Source: Acidimicrobiales bacterium
GTDB lineage: Bacteria; Actinomycetota; Acidimicrobiia; Acidimicrobiales; JACCXE01
NCBI GenBank assembly: GCA_035536375.1
Contig: DATLOH010000062.1
Span: 1 to 60,915 of the forward strand
Direction of reading: 5' to 3'
Length of the DNA stretch: 60,915 bases
Of this stretch, positions 18,688 to 28,667 are shown one piece after another. Each line of letters starts with the position of its first letter. Position 1 is the first letter of the stretch. The position numbers were made by a program, and so were the translations under genes. The notes under the pieces were generated by a model. That model was not told the DNA's origin and did not search any database. It was given only the letters and a program-made list of their open reading frames with translations.

Positions 18688-19332
18688 GTGGACGTCGTTC
18701 TCGACAACCTCGACCTGTTCGCTCGAGGGTTGCGCACCACGGTGTCGCTCACGTTGCTGTCGTACGCGGCGGCTTTCTTGATCGGCATCGTGGTCGCAGC
18801 CTTTCGCGTCAGCCCTGTCCCACCCCTGCGCGCCGCCGGCGCGGTGTTCGTCGGAACCGTGAGGAACACGCCGCTCGCGGTGCTGATGGTCCTGTTCTTC
18901 TTCGCCCTGCCTGACGCCGGGATCATTTATCCCGCCTTCACCTCGGCGGTCATCGTGCTTGCGGCCTACACCGGCGCGTTCATCGCCGAGACGGTACGCG
19001 CCGGCGTGAACACGGTCGCGGCCGGGCAGGGCGAAGCCGCGCGGGCTATCGGGCTGACCTTCCCGCAGACCTTGCGGATCATCGTGCTGCCCCAAGCGCT
19101 TCGCGCGGTCGTCGCTCCGCTCGGGAGCCTCTTCATTGCGCTGATCAAGAACTCGTCGCTTGCTGCGCTGATCTCCGTCGGCGAACTCGCGGGCACGGCC
19201 GAGCAACTCATCACCGATACCGCTCAGCCGCTTCCGATTTTCATCGGGGTGGCGGTGGCGTACCTCATGCTCACGCTGCCCGCCGGGCTCGTCGTGAGCG
19301 CCATCGAGCGGCGCGTGGCGATCGTGCGATGA
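18688..19332 (+). CDS. gluC: amino-acid ABC transporter permease
   Basis: Polar amino-acid permease pattern (AYTGAFIAETVRAGVNTV..GQGEAARAIGL..TLRIIVLPQA). Confidence 0.85.
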   Translation: MDVVLDNLDLFARGLRTTVSLTLLSYAAAFLIGIVVAAFRVSPVPPLRAAGAVFVGTVRNTPLAVLMVLFFFALPDAGIIYPAFTSAVIVLAAYTGAFIAETVRAGVNTVAAGQGEAARAIGLTFPQTLRIIVLPQALRAVVAPLGSLFIALIKNSSLAALISVGELAGTAEQLITDTAQPLPIFIGVAVAYLMLTLPAGLVVSAIERRVAIVR

Positions 19333-20216
19333 CCGCGCCCGTCCTGTCTGACGCGCTTGGGCCGCGAGCTCGACGCCGCGTCCTTATCGCGTCGGCGGTA
19401 ACGGGCCTCGCGCTGCTTGCGTTGCTCGTCGTGGCTATTCGGCGACTCGACGCCAACGGCCAGCTCGACGAGGAAAAGTGGAAGCCCCTTACGCAGTGGG
19501 CGGTGCTGAAGTTCTATCTGGGCGGGCTCGGGAACACGCTGCGCGCCGCGTTCACCGCGATGGCCTTCGCGATCAGCATCGCCGGCATCCTGGCGCTTGG
19601 CCGCCTCGCGCGGACAGCGGCAGTTCGCTGGGTCTCAACGCTGTACGTGGAGTTCTTCCGGGGGCTGCCGCTGTACATCCTCATCCTCTTCAGTTGGCTC
19701 GGGCTTCCGACGCTCGGTTTGAAGCTCGAGACCTTCTGGTACCTCGTGATTGGGTTGTCCGTCTACAACAGCGCTGTCCTCGCAGAGATCTTCCGCGCCG
19801 GGATCCTGTCGCTCGACAAGGGCCAGAGCGAGGCCGCCTATTCGATCGGCCTCGGGTACTGGCAGGCGATGCGGGCGGTGATCGTTCCGCAGGCGGTGCG
19901 ACGCATGGTTCCTGCGATCGTGAGCCAGCTCGTTACCTTGCTGAAGGACACATCGCTCGGCGTGTTGATCTTCTACGAAGAGCTGCTCCGCCGGGCGCGC
20001 ATCAGCGCGGAGTTCTACCAAAACCCGGTTCACTCGGTAGCGCTCGTCGCCCTCATCTACATCGCAGTCAACGCAACGCTCAGCCAGGTCGCAACGCGCC
20101 TCGAAGCGCGGCAGCGGCGGCGCTACGGCGCAGGCGAGATCACGGTTGGCGGCGTCGAGGATCTCGCGCTCACCTCCGCGAAGGCCCAAGCCGCCGACGC
20201 CACGGCCGGAGGATGA
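19329..20216 (+). CDS. gluD: amino-acid ABC transporter permease
   Basis: SVYNSAVLAEIFRAGILSLDKGQSEAAYSIGL...VIVPQAVR EAA-loop pattern. 4-nt overlap with gluC. Confidence 0.85.
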   Translation: MTAPVLSDALGPRARRRVLIASAVTGLALLALLVVAIRRLDANGQLDEEKWKPLTQWAVLKFYLGGLGNTLRAAFTAMAFAISIAGILALGRLARTAAVRWVSTLYVEFFRGLPLYILILFSWLGLPTLGLKLETFWYLVIGLSVYNSAVLAEIFRAGILSLDKGQSEAAYSIGLGYWQAMRAVIVPQAVRRMVPAIVSQLVTLLKDTSLGVLIFYEELLRRARISAEFYQNPVHSVALVALIYIAVNATLSQVATRLEARQRRRYGAGEITVGGVEDLALTSAKAQAADATAGG

Positions 20217-20239
20217 GGCCTCCCGTCTAAGTTCCAGCA

Positions 20240-21493
20240 ATGGCCATGAACGTGAAGCCGATCGCAACGGTCGACCAGCGCATCAACGACATCCGTCTGC
20301 GCACCGCAGCAATCCTCAACGAGCACATCCTCCCCAACGAGTCGAAGCTGTGGGGCGCCCGGCGGGCGGATGCGGACGACGTTGCCCGCAAGGAGGCGCG
20401 CGAGCTTCGCGAGGAGATCAAAGCCGAGGTCAAGAAGGCGGGGCTCTGGGCGCCTCACCTCCCTCAGGAGTACGGCGGGATGGGCCTCGACTTCATGGCG
20501 CACGCGTACATGAACGAGGTGCTCGCCTACGGCATCGGCGCAGCCTCATTGTTCGGCGTGGTCGCGCCCAACTCCGGAAACCAGAGCATCCTCGTGAAGT
20601 ACGGCACCGACGACCAGAAGCAGAAATGGCTGCTCCCGCTCATCGAAGGGACGATGGAAAGCGGCTTCTCGATGACCGAACCGCACAACGCCGGTTCCGA
20701 TCCGAGGTCGCTCGACACCTCCGCGGTGCGAGACGGCGATGAGTGGGTCATCAACGGCCACAAATGGTTCACGTCGAACGGTTTGGCCGCCGACTTCTTC
20801 ATCGTCATGGTGCGCGTCCGCGACGATGCCGACGATCCCGCGACCAAGGGCCGCATGGCGCAGATCATCGTGCCGACCGACACACCGGGCGTCACGATCG
20901 TGCGCGGGATCGGCATCTGGGGCCGAGACACGTCGGACCACTGCGAGGTGCTGTACGAGAACGTGCGCGTGCCAGTGGACAACATCCTCGGCCAGGTCGG
21001 GCAGGGCCATCAGGCGGCACAGGACCGCCTCGGTGCCGGTCGCATCTTCCACTGCATGAACTCCGTCGGCCAGATGTGGCGGGCATTCGACCTCATGGTC
21101 GAGCGGGCGACGACACGTCAGGTACACGGCGGGCTGCTCAAGGACAAGCAGTTCATCCAGGGTTTCATCGCCGACAGCTACATCGACATACAGGCCGCTC
21201 GCCTGATGACCCTTCACGCTGCGGAGAAGATCGATCAGAACGACCGCGAAGCCCGTACGGACATATCCGCGATCAAGATCTTCGTGCCCGAGGCGTACTC
21301 GAGGGTCGTGGACCGCGCCATCCAGGTTTGGGGGGCGGCGGGCGTGTCGAACGATCTGCCGCTCGCAGGCATGTACATGGGGGCGCGGACCCTCCGGCTC
21401 GCCGACGGCCCCGACGAAGTGCACAAGATCCTCATCGCCAAGAACGTCCTCGGCCGTTACGAGGGGGGCGAGAGCTGGGACTTCGGCAACTGA
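20240..21493 (+). CDS. acyl-CoA dehydrogenase family protein
   Basis: GFSMTEPHNAGSD, INGHKWFTSNG and QVWGAAGVS motifs of the ACAD fold. Confidence 0.9.
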   Translation: MAMNVKPIATVDQRINDIRLRTAAILNEHILPNESKLWGARRADADDVARKEARELREEIKAEVKKAGLWAPHLPQEYGGMGLDFMAHAYMNEVLAYGIGAASLFGVVAPNSGNQSILVKYGTDDQKQKWLLPLIEGTMESGFSMTEPHNAGSDPRSLDTSAVRDGDEWVINGHKWFTSNGLAADFFIVMVRVRDDADDPATKGRMAQIIVPTDTPGVTIVRGIGIWGRDTSDHCEVLYENVRVPVDNILGQVGQGHQAAQDRLGAGRIFHCMNSVGQMWRAFDLMVERATTRQVHGGLLKDKQFIQGFIADSYIDIQAARLMTLHAAEKIDQNDREARTDISAIKIFVPEAYSRVVDRAIQVWGAAGVSNDLPLAGMYMGARTLRLADGPDEVHKILIAKNVLGRYEGGESWDFGN

Positions 21494-21503
21494 CGGGCTG
21501 ATC

Positions 21504-22598
21504 GTGACCGTGCAGACGATCACCGCGTCCACGGTTGTCACCCCGCTCGGAGTGCTCGAGCCGGGGCAGCTCTCGATCGACAACGGCACGATCGTCGATG
21601 TGCGCGCGTCGCGCGGCACGGCGCCTGAGCGCATCCTCTGCCCGGGTTTCGTCGACCTACAGGTGAACGGCCACGACGACGTCCACGTCGCGCTCGCAGA
21701 GGGCGCCGACTGGGAGCGTCTCGATCAACTGCTCCTATCCCAAGGCGTAACCGGCTGGTGCCCGACGCTCACGACCGCACCACTCGCCGGCTACAGCTCG
21801 CCGCTCGAACGCATTGCGTCGGCGCGCACACGGCCCGGCATTCACCCGGCGATCCTGGGCGCCCATCTCGAAGGGCCGTTCCTCGGGGGCGCTACCGGCG
21901 CGCATCGCAAGGAGCACGTCCTTTCCCTTGATCGTGCGTGGTTGCACGACCTACCCGCAGTGGTGCGCGTCGTGACGCTCGCTCCGGAGCTCGACGAGGC
22001 ACCGGAGGCCGTCGCCGACCTAACCGCACGCAACATCGTGGTAGCGCTCGGACACTCACACGCGTCGTTCGAAGACGCCACGTCTGCGGCCAACGCAGGG
22101 GCGAGCCTCGTGACGCACGTGTTCAACGCAATGTCGCCGATGCATCACCGCGCTCCCGGTCTTGCGGGCGCCGCGCTGAGTGACCCCCGCCTGACTCCAT
22201 CGGTGATCGCCGACGGCGTCCACGTGCATCCGGCCGTGCTCCGTCTCGTCGCCCACGCCAAGGGCCGCGGCAACTGGGCTGTGGTGACCGACGCGGTGGG
22301 ATGGCGCGACGAGCGCATACACCTGAGGACGTCGCCAAGGGACGGTGCGCCACGGCTGGCCGACGGAACGATTGCGGGAAGCGCCACCACGATGGACGCC
22401 GCCGTCGGCTACCTGGTGCAGACCGCGCGCATCGGTCTCACCGACGCCGTGCACGCAGCGTCGACAACGCCCGCGCGCGTTCTTGGAGTTGACGATGATC
22501 GCGGGGCACTGGCGCCGGGTCTGCGCGCCGATCTCGTCACGCTCGACCCGAACACGCTCAGGGCGACCGCAACATGGATTGCCGGCGAACCCGCCTAG
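21504..22598 (+). CDS. nagA: N-acetylglucosamine-6-phosphate deacetylase
   Basis: PGFVDLQVNGH, HLEGPFL, TLAPE, GHSHASFEDA..THVFNAMSPMHHRAPG, IADGVHVHP and DLVTLD match the NagA motif order. Confidence 0.85.
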   Translation: MTVQTITASTVVTPLGVLEPGQLSIDNGTIVDVRASRGTAPERILCPGFVDLQVNGHDDVHVALAEGADWERLDQLLLSQGVTGWCPTLTTAPLAGYSSPLERIASARTRPGIHPAILGAHLEGPFLGGATGAHRKEHVLSLDRAWLHDLPAVVRVVTLAPELDEAPEAVADLTARNIVVALGHSHASFEDATSAANAGASLVTHVFNAMSPMHHRAPGLAGAALSDPRLTPSVIADGVHVHPAVLRLVAHAKGRGNWAVVTDAVGWRDERIHLRTSPRDGAPRLADGTIAGSATTMDAAVGYLVQTARIGLTDAVHAASTTPARVLGVDDDRGALAPGLRADLVTLDPNTLRATATWIAGEPA

Positions 22599-22619
22599 CG
22601 CCGATCCCTTCGACGACCG

Positions 22620-23423
22620 TTAGACGACCTCGTCAGCCCATACCGTCAGCGACTCGAGCGGCGCCTGGCCGAAGATCGTCAGCATGGCTACGTCGATCGC
22701 GTCGCGGCCGCGGCCCACGAGGACGCGCCCTGCTCGCGGGTAGTTGTTCCGTGGGTCGAATGTCCACCACCGGTCCGAGAGGTAGACCTCCATCCAGGCA
22801 CAGAAGTCCATTGGCTCTCCGCTTGGCTCGATCCCGACTTCGGGGATGTAGCCGAACGCGTATCGAGCCGGGATATTGAGCGCGCGGCAGAACGTCACAG
22901 CCAGATGCGCGTAATCGCGGCACACGCCTCGCCGGGTCTCGAACACGTCGGCCGCAGTCGACATCGGACCGGTCGTCCCGTATCCGAACGAGAGTTCCGT
23001 ATGGACCCAGTCGCAGATTGCCTGGACGCGATTCCACCCCGGCTCGACTCCTGCGAACAGCGCACAGGCGGCGTCGGCCAATTGGTCTGACGGACAAAAC
23101 CGGCTCGGCATCATGAACGACAGAACGTCCCCGGGAAGCTGACCCGGCGGGATCTCCACCGCTCCAGCTTGGATGTCGTCGACGAGACCGCTCACCTCGA
23201 CGCGGGCGTCGTATCGGAGTTTTGACCGACCGGCAGGCAGCGTGAACCGCCGACACAAGTTGCCGTGCCCGTCGACGTAGCGCGAGGACGGCCCGTCAGG
23301 CACAAGGTCCCAGCGTTCGGCGAGGAACCCGAACCCACCATCGAGGCGGGGTTCCACCTGTGCGATCGCGTGCGCGGGCGCCACCAGGTTATGGACGAAC
23401 TCGCACCCGATCTGGACCAGCAC
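22620..23423 (-). CDS. transglutaminase-like family protein
   Basis: Bact_transglu_N-like N-terminus followed by the core RGVCRDYAHLAVTFCRALNIPARYAFGYI (catalytic Cys) and downstream His/Asp. Confidence 0.85.
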   Translation of the reverse strand: MLVQIGCEFVHNLVAPAHAIAQVEPRLDGGFGFLAERWDLVPDGPSSRYVDGHGNLCRRFTLPAGRSKLRYDARVEVSGLVDDIQAGAVEIPPGQLPGDVLSFMMPSRFCPSDQLADAACALFAGVEPGWNRVQAICDWVHTELSFGYGTTGPMSTAADVFETRRGVCRDYAHLAVTFCRALNIPARYAFGYIPEVGIEPSGEPMDFCAWMEVYLSDRWWTFDPRNNYPRAGRVLVGRGRDAIDVAMLTIFGQAPLESLTVWADEVV

Positions 23424-23458
23424 CGACCCAGTCTGTCCGCTATCTGCCGGTGACCGCG

Positions 23459-24412
23459 CTACTGACCGATGATGCTCTGCAGGTTGAGCCCGCCCTCGTA
23501 GGCCCGCTCGGGATCGGCGCGCACGGCGGTGTCGAGCTTCACTGCGTCATCACCGACGAGGATCCGCCATCTGTCGGTACGCACGCCATCCAGGATCACG
23601 GTCGCCGCCTGGGCGGCGCTCATCGGCGCGTTGTCACGAAAGCCTGCCTCGAACATCTTCATGAACCCGCGCAGCTCATCGGAAGTCAGTCCCTCGACGG
23701 GCACCCCCCGCTGAGCGAGCAGGTTGCGCATACCGTCCACCTCGGCGTCGCTCATCTCCTCGCTGTCGGTCCCGCTCTGCACCTTGCGGGTATTGGCCAC
23801 GATGTCGGTCCCGATATGACCAGGCATCACCACCGCCACCTTGACGTGCGGCGCGTTGATCCGGAGGTCCTCGATAAGTGCTTCGCTGAAGCCCTTCACG
23901 GCGAACTTGGCCGTGCTGTATGCAGTGTGAGGGATACCCGGCCCGAGTGCGGCCCAGAATCCGTTCACGCTCGAAGTGTTCACGAGATAGCCCTCGTCGC
24001 TCGCGACGAGTAGCGGTACGAACGCGCGGCTGCAGTTGTATACGCCGCCCCAGCAGACCCCGAAAGTTCGCTCCCACGCTGAGCGGGGACCCGCGACGAA
24101 GCTCCCGCCGCCGCCGATCCCGGCGTTGTTGAACAGGAGGTTGATGTAGTCCGTGTCGTGCTCGGCGACGACCTCGTCGCGGAACCGATCGACATCGTTC
24201 TCGTCGGAGACGTCGCACTGATGGGTCGTGATCCGGACCTTGCGCGTCGCCACGGAATCGGCCAAACGGGCAGTCTCCTCGAGCGTTCCGAGGTTGACAT
24301 CGCACGCCGCAACCGACGCGCCCTCACGCGCGAGCTGCACGACCAACTCCCGGCCCATGCCGGAGCCGCCGCCAGTGACGACTGCCAGCTTGTCCTCGAA
24401 CGATTCCATCAA
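23459..24412 (-). CDS. SDR family oxidoreductase
   Basis: TGGGSGMG cofactor motif, NNAG, and the YSTAKFAVKG active-site YxxxK. Confidence 0.9.
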   Translation of the reverse strand: MMESFEDKLAVVTGGGSGMGRELVVQLAREGASVAACDVNLGTLEETARLADSVATRKVRITTHQCDVSDENDVDRFRDEVVAEHDTDYINLLFNNAGIGGGGSFVAGPRSAWERTFGVCWGGVYNCSRAFVPLLVASDEGYLVNTSSVNGFWAALGPGIPHTAYSTAKFAVKGFSEALIEDLRINAPHVKVAVVMPGHIGTDIVANTRKVQSGTDSEEMSDAEVDGMRNLLAQRGVPVEGLTSDELRGFMKMFEAGFRDNAPMSAAQAATVILDGVRTDRWRILVGDDAVKLDTAVRADPERAYEGGLNLQSIIGQ

Positions 24413-24467
24413 GCCCCCTTCGTAAAGACCTTGCCGTCAACCGTACGGCGTCCTGAGCGGCGCGCGC

Positions 24468-25040
24468 TCAGGAGGGGCCGGCGGACGTAACCAGCAGGCG
24501 GTGGACCGACACCGCATAGTCCGAAGCCTTCGTGAAGGGCGCCCTGTCCCACGTTGCGAAACGTTCGGTCAAGGAAAGCCCGCCCGCCGCGCAGTGCTCG
24601 TCGTAAGCCGCAAGCGGGTACCGACCGTCGAGCTGAAACCCGGCGACCAAGGCGCCCGACGGCGCGACGTGGCGGGCGCAGCCGCGGACCATGGCCTCTT
24701 CCGTGCCGGGTGAAGTGAACAGCGGGACATTGCCGGCCATGACCACGACATCGAACGCCATGCCAAAGTCGAACTCGGCCAGATCCCGCTCGATCCAGGC
24801 CAGCTCCGGAGCGAGCTCACGCGCGGTCGCGATCATCGAAGCGCTCGCATCGACGCCGACCACGGACACCCCTCGGCGGGCGAGCTCAATCGCTACTCGT
24901 CCCGTACCGCAACCGGCGTCGAGCACGAACCTCGGTGCGAGCTCCATCACGAAGTCCGCCTCGCCGTGGACGTTCTGGCCTGCACTTGCGAGTTCGTCGA
25001 AGCGCCGTTGGTAGTCCCGGCCGTCCCACCGCTGCGCCAT
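24468..25040 (-). CDS. class I SAM-dependent methyltransferase
   Basis: VLDAGCGTGRVAIELARRG motif I. Start taken at ATG 25040 (MAQRWDGRDY). Confidence 0.85.
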   Translation of the reverse strand: MAQRWDGRDYQRRFDELASAGQNVHGEADFVMELAPRFVLDAGCGTGRVAIELARRGVSVVGVDASASMIATARELAPELAWIERDLAEFDFGMAFDVVVMAGNVPLFTSPGTEEAMVRGCARHVAPSGALVAGFQLDGRYPLAAYDEHCAAGGLSLTERFATWDRAPFTKASDYAVSVHRLLVTSAGPS

Positions 25041-25098
25041 GGTCGAGACGCTAGGAGACTGTCGAACACGCATGCCGTCGCTGGGAGAGAATGCCGCA

Positions 25099-27021
25099 AT
25101 GCCCGATTTCTCCGGCGACCTGTCCTCGACCGACGACGACGCAATCCGCGCTGCGATCGAGCACGCCGAGGTTCCGGCGCTGCTGCCCGCACTCGCGTCG
25201 GCGCTCGACGACCGGTCGTTGGTGCCGGAGCACCTGCGCCCGGACCTAGCCGTGCTGATGGACCCGGCGGCGGGACTGTCGTCGCATCAGCAGGCCGAGG
25301 CCCGGCTGCTGGCATTCGACGCGATCAAGCGCCTACAAGCACGTGACGACGTGGCCGTGCACTCACAGGAGCTCGACGACCTCCGTCATCTGCTCGAGTA
25401 CACCTCGGGGGGCGAACCGGTCGACGAGTATCTCGAGCTCCTCCGCGAAGAGCTCGCGCTAGGTGAGGATCTGCGCGCCCCGAACTGGCGCAAGCACGAT
25501 GTCGCGCCGCAGCGCGCCTTTCGCGTCGTCATCATCGGGGCGGGGATGTCCGGGCTGGCGGCCGCGCACCGCCTGTCGCAGGCTGGGCTCGATGTGGTCG
25601 TGTTGGAGAAGAACACCGACGTCGGCGGCACGTGGCTCGAGAACTCTTATCCGGGCTGTCGCGTCGACGTGTCGAATCACTTCTACAGCTACTCGTTCGC
25701 GCAGCGACATGACTGGCCCGAGCACTTCTCGTCGCAGCCGGTGCTCCTCGACTACTTCCGCAGCGTCGCCGAGGAGCACGGCCTCAACGACCTGATCCGG
25801 TTCGGAACGGAGGTCACTGCGATCGAGCTAGACGAGCCCACCATGACGTGGCACGTGCAGACGGTCGCCGCCGACGGCACCGAGGAAACCTTCGAAGCGC
25901 ACGCCGTAGTCAGCGCCGTCGGTCAGCTCAACCGGCCGAACATGCCCGACATCCCGGGCACCGAATCGTTCGCCGGTCCGTCGTTCCACTCTGCAAGATG
26001 GGACCACAGCGTCGATCTCACCGGAAAGCGCGTCGTCATCATCGGCACCGGCGCCAGTGCGGCACAGTTCATCCCTGCGGTCGCCGATGCTGCGCAACAC
26101 CTGACTGTCTTTCAGCGCACACCCGCGTGGTTCGTGCCGACGCCGGACTATCACGACCCGGTGGCGCCGGAGGTGCAATGGCTCTTCAGGAACGTGCCGG
26201 GCTACGCGAATTGGTACCGATTCTGGATCTTCTGGCGGAACGTCGAAGGTCTGACGCCGGCGGCGGCCGTCGATCCCGATTGGGACGGCCACGAGCACTC
26301 CGTCAGCCAGACGAACGATTTCGTAAGGCAGCTGCTCACCGCATACCTCAGCGTCGAGTTCGCCGATGCCCCAGAGCTCCTGGCCGACGTGCTTCCGGCC
26401 TATCCGCCGTTCGCGAAGCGGTTCATCCGGGACAACGGGATCTGGGCGAAGACGCTGAAGCGGGCCGACGTTGCGCTGGCGACGAACGGTGTGGCAGAGA
26501 TCACCGGAGACGGCGTCGTCGACGGCGACGGATGCCTTCACCCGGCCGACGTCGTCATCTACGGAACGGGATTCAAGGCCTCGGACTTCCTGATGCCCAT
26601 GAAGGTCGTCGGCCGAGGTGGCGTCGAGCTACACGACCGATGGAAGGGCGACGCTCGCGCCCATCTCGGCATCACGCTGCCCGGGTTCCCGAACCTCTTC
26701 CTGCTCTACGGGCCGAACACGAACATCGTGGCCAACGGATCCATCACCTACTTCAGCGAGTGCGAGGTCCACTACGTGCTCTCCTGTATCGAGCAGATGC
26801 TCCGTACGGGCGTGCGCGCGATCGACCCCAAGCAGGAAGTTCACGACGGCTACAACGAGCGCGTGGACGCGAAGAACCGCCTCATGGCCTGGGGCGCGTC
26901 GTCGGTGAACTCCTGGTACAAGAACGCGACGGGTCGCACTGCGCAGAACTGGCCATTCAGCCTCCTGGATTACTGGGCGCAGACCCGGAGGGCGAACCTG
27001 GACGACTACACCTGTCACTGA
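25099..27021 (+). CDS. flavin-containing / Baeyer-Villiger-type monooxygenase
   Basis: VVIIGAGMSGLAAA..VLEKNTDVGGTW (FAD GxGxxG), a second Rossmann motif VVIIGTGASAAQ, and the overall FMO layout. Start is ATG 25099 or 25072; ATG 25039 would overlap the divergent gene. Confidence 0.9.
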   Translation: MPDFSGDLSSTDDDAIRAAIEHAEVPALLPALASALDDRSLVPEHLRPDLAVLMDPAAGLSSHQQAEARLLAFDAIKRLQARDDVAVHSQELDDLRHLLEYTSGGEPVDEYLELLREELALGEDLRAPNWRKHDVAPQRAFRVVIIGAGMSGLAAAHRLSQAGLDVVVLEKNTDVGGTWLENSYPGCRVDVSNHFYSYSFAQRHDWPEHFSSQPVLLDYFRSVAEEHGLNDLIRFGTEVTAIELDEPTMTWHVQTVAADGTEETFEAHAVVSAVGQLNRPNMPDIPGTESFAGPSFHSARWDHSVDLTGKRVVIIGTGASAAQFIPAVADAAQHLTVFQRTPAWFVPTPDYHDPVAPEVQWLFRNVPGYANWYRFWIFWRNVEGLTPAAAVDPDWDGHEHSVSQTNDFVRQLLTAYLSVEFADAPELLADVLPAYPPFAKRFIRDNGIWAKTLKRADVALATNGVAEITGDGVVDGDGCLHPADVVIYGTGFKASDFLMPMKVVGRGGVELHDRWKGDARAHLGITLPGFPNLFLLYGPNTNIVANGSITYFSECEVHYVLSCIEQMLRTGVRAIDPKQEVHDGYNERVDAKNRLMAWGASSVNSWYKNATGRTAQNWPFSLLDYWAQTRRANLDDYTCH

Positions 27022-27054
27022 CTACGTCGATGCCGCAGGGGGTACGGTCGGGCC

Positions 27055-27597
27055 ATGGGCATCATCAGGAAAACCGCATCCGTCGGAACGCTCGGCATCA
27101 TCTCCTTCCGCAGTAAGAAAGAAAAGCTCCGTCGGGCCGAGAAGGCCCGCTTGGAGGCGGAGACCGCTCTCGAAACCGAACACCTCGCCCGGGTCGCCGC
27201 CGAGTCCCTTGGCAAAGTGGCTGATCGCAAGGTGAAGCGGGCCACGGCCTCGGCCGAGAAGGCCGAGCGGAAGCTCGACAAGGCCCGCCAGAAGAGCGGC
27301 CGGTCGCGTCGGGCGAAGAAGCTCGCCGCACTGATGTCGAACGCCGAGCCGCTGCTGCGTACGAGCCTCGAGTCGGCGCGGACGGTGTCGACCGACGCCG
27401 CCGAGCGCGGCCGCAAGGGTGGCCGGAAGGCGCGCAAGGCGGCGAAGCGCGCCCGCCGCGAAACCGCGCGCAGCGCCGCCCACACATACCGTGATCTCGT
27501 CGCCGCCGCGGCGTCGGCCAAGGAAGCCGTCGCTCCGCAGGTCGAGAAGGCGGTCCACCGCGCTTCGGAGAAGATCGAGCAGCTCTCCTCCCGCTAG
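27055..27597 (+). CDS. hypothetical Lys/Arg/Ala-rich (coiled-coil-like) protein
   Basis: 180-codon ORF MGIIRKTASVGTLGIISFRSKKEK... followed by a long hairpin. No recognisable domain. Confidence 0.5.
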   Translation: MGIIRKTASVGTLGIISFRSKKEKLRRAEKARLEAETALETEHLARVAAESLGKVADRKVKRATASAEKAERKLDKARQKSGRSRRAKKLAALMSNAEPLLRTSLESARTVSTDAAERGRKGGRKARKAAKRARRETARSAAHTYRDLVAAAASAKEAVAPQVEKAVHRASEKIEQLSSR

Positions 27598-27603
27598 ACC
27601 CGG

Positions 27604-27647
27604 TCTTGTTGGGCTTTTCCGCGCGAGCGCGGGAGAGCCCGACAAGA
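27604..27647 (+). terminator. long GC-rich hairpin between convergent genes
   Basis: tcttgttgggcttttccgcgc / gcgcgggagagcccgacaaga pair over about 22 bp, with three G-U pairs on the plus-strand RNA. No U-tract follows. Confidence 0.5.
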
Positions 27648-27660
27648 TGAGAGCAGTCGC

Positions 27661-28632
27661 CTAGTCGGGAAACTCGCTCTGCAACGCAGGCTGTAGTTCG
27701 CGCGTCCAGAACTGGAAGAACCCGTCCTGGTCGGGCCCGACCTGGTGGAAGTAGAGGTGGTCGTACCCGGCCTCGACGTACTTGCGCACCATCGCAAGTA
27801 CCGGCTCGACCGCCGGACCGCAGGGCACCGCACTCGCCGTGTCCTCCTCGGTCAGCGGCGCTGCGGCCGCTTCGAAGTGGGTCCACGTCGGAAGGTCCTG
27901 CATCAGTTGGCCTTCGAGGCCGCCGACCGGCCACACCGTGTGAACGGTCTTGCGCGCACTCTCCTCGCTCTCGTCCCAGCACACGGTCAACTGCCCGTAC
28001 TTCGGCCCGGTCCCTCCGGCGGCGTCGTACGCGTCGGTGAGTTCCTTCTCCGGCGCCGTCCCCCAGTACCCGTCGCCGATGCGAGCGGCAAGCTCGATCG
28101 CTTTGGGACCGTACGCCGAAACGATCACCGGAATGTTGTGGTCGGGCGGATCGAACAGCCGCGCGTTCTCGACCTCGTAGTGCGTACCGCGGTGATCCAC
28201 GGTCTCTCCCGCCCACAGCTTCCGCATGATCTCCACGGCCTCGTCGAGCATCTCGAGTCGCACTTCCGGGCGCGGCCAACGATCACCGAGGATGTGCTCG
28301 TTGAGCGCCTCGCCGGTACCGACCCCGAAGAAGAAGCGGTCGCCGAACAAGAGCGACGTCGTCGCCGACGCCTGCGCGACCACCGCAGGATGAATTCGTA
28401 CCGTCGGGCAGGTGACGCCGATCCCAACGCGGATTCGCTCCGTCGCCTCGGCGATTGCACCGAGCACCGACCACACGAAGGGGCTGTGACCCTGCGCCTC
28501 GACCCAGGGGTGGAAGTGGTCGGAGATACCGAGAAAGTCGAACCCGGCGGCCTCGGCCCGCCGCGCTTGGCCGACAAGAGCGCCGGGCGGATGCTCTTCG
28601 CTCGACAGGGCGTAGCCAAAGCTGATCGTCAT
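27661..28632 (-). CDS. LLM-class F420-dependent oxidoreductase (G6PD-related TIGR03557-like)
   Basis: MTISFGYALSSEEH...AEAAGFDFLGISDHFHPW...RVGIGVTCPT pattern of luciferase-like monooxygenases. Start ATG 28632. Confidence 0.85.
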   Translation of the reverse strand: MTISFGYALSSEEHPPGALVGQARRAEAAGFDFLGISDHFHPWVEAQGHSPFVWSVLGAIAEATERIRVGIGVTCPTVRIHPAVVAQASATTSLLFGDRFFFGVGTGEALNEHILGDRWPRPEVRLEMLDEAVEIMRKLWAGETVDHRGTHYEVENARLFDPPDHNIPVIVSAYGPKAIELAARIGDGYWGTAPEKELTDAYDAAGGTGPKYGQLTVCWDESEESARKTVHTVWPVGGLEGQLMQDLPTWTHFEAAAAPLTEEDTASAVPCGPAVEPVLAMVRKYVEAGYDHLYFHQVGPDQDGFFQFWTRELQPALQSEFPD

Positions 28633-28667
28633 GCGGCGCGCATACCCGACCCCCATAGCCTCTACCC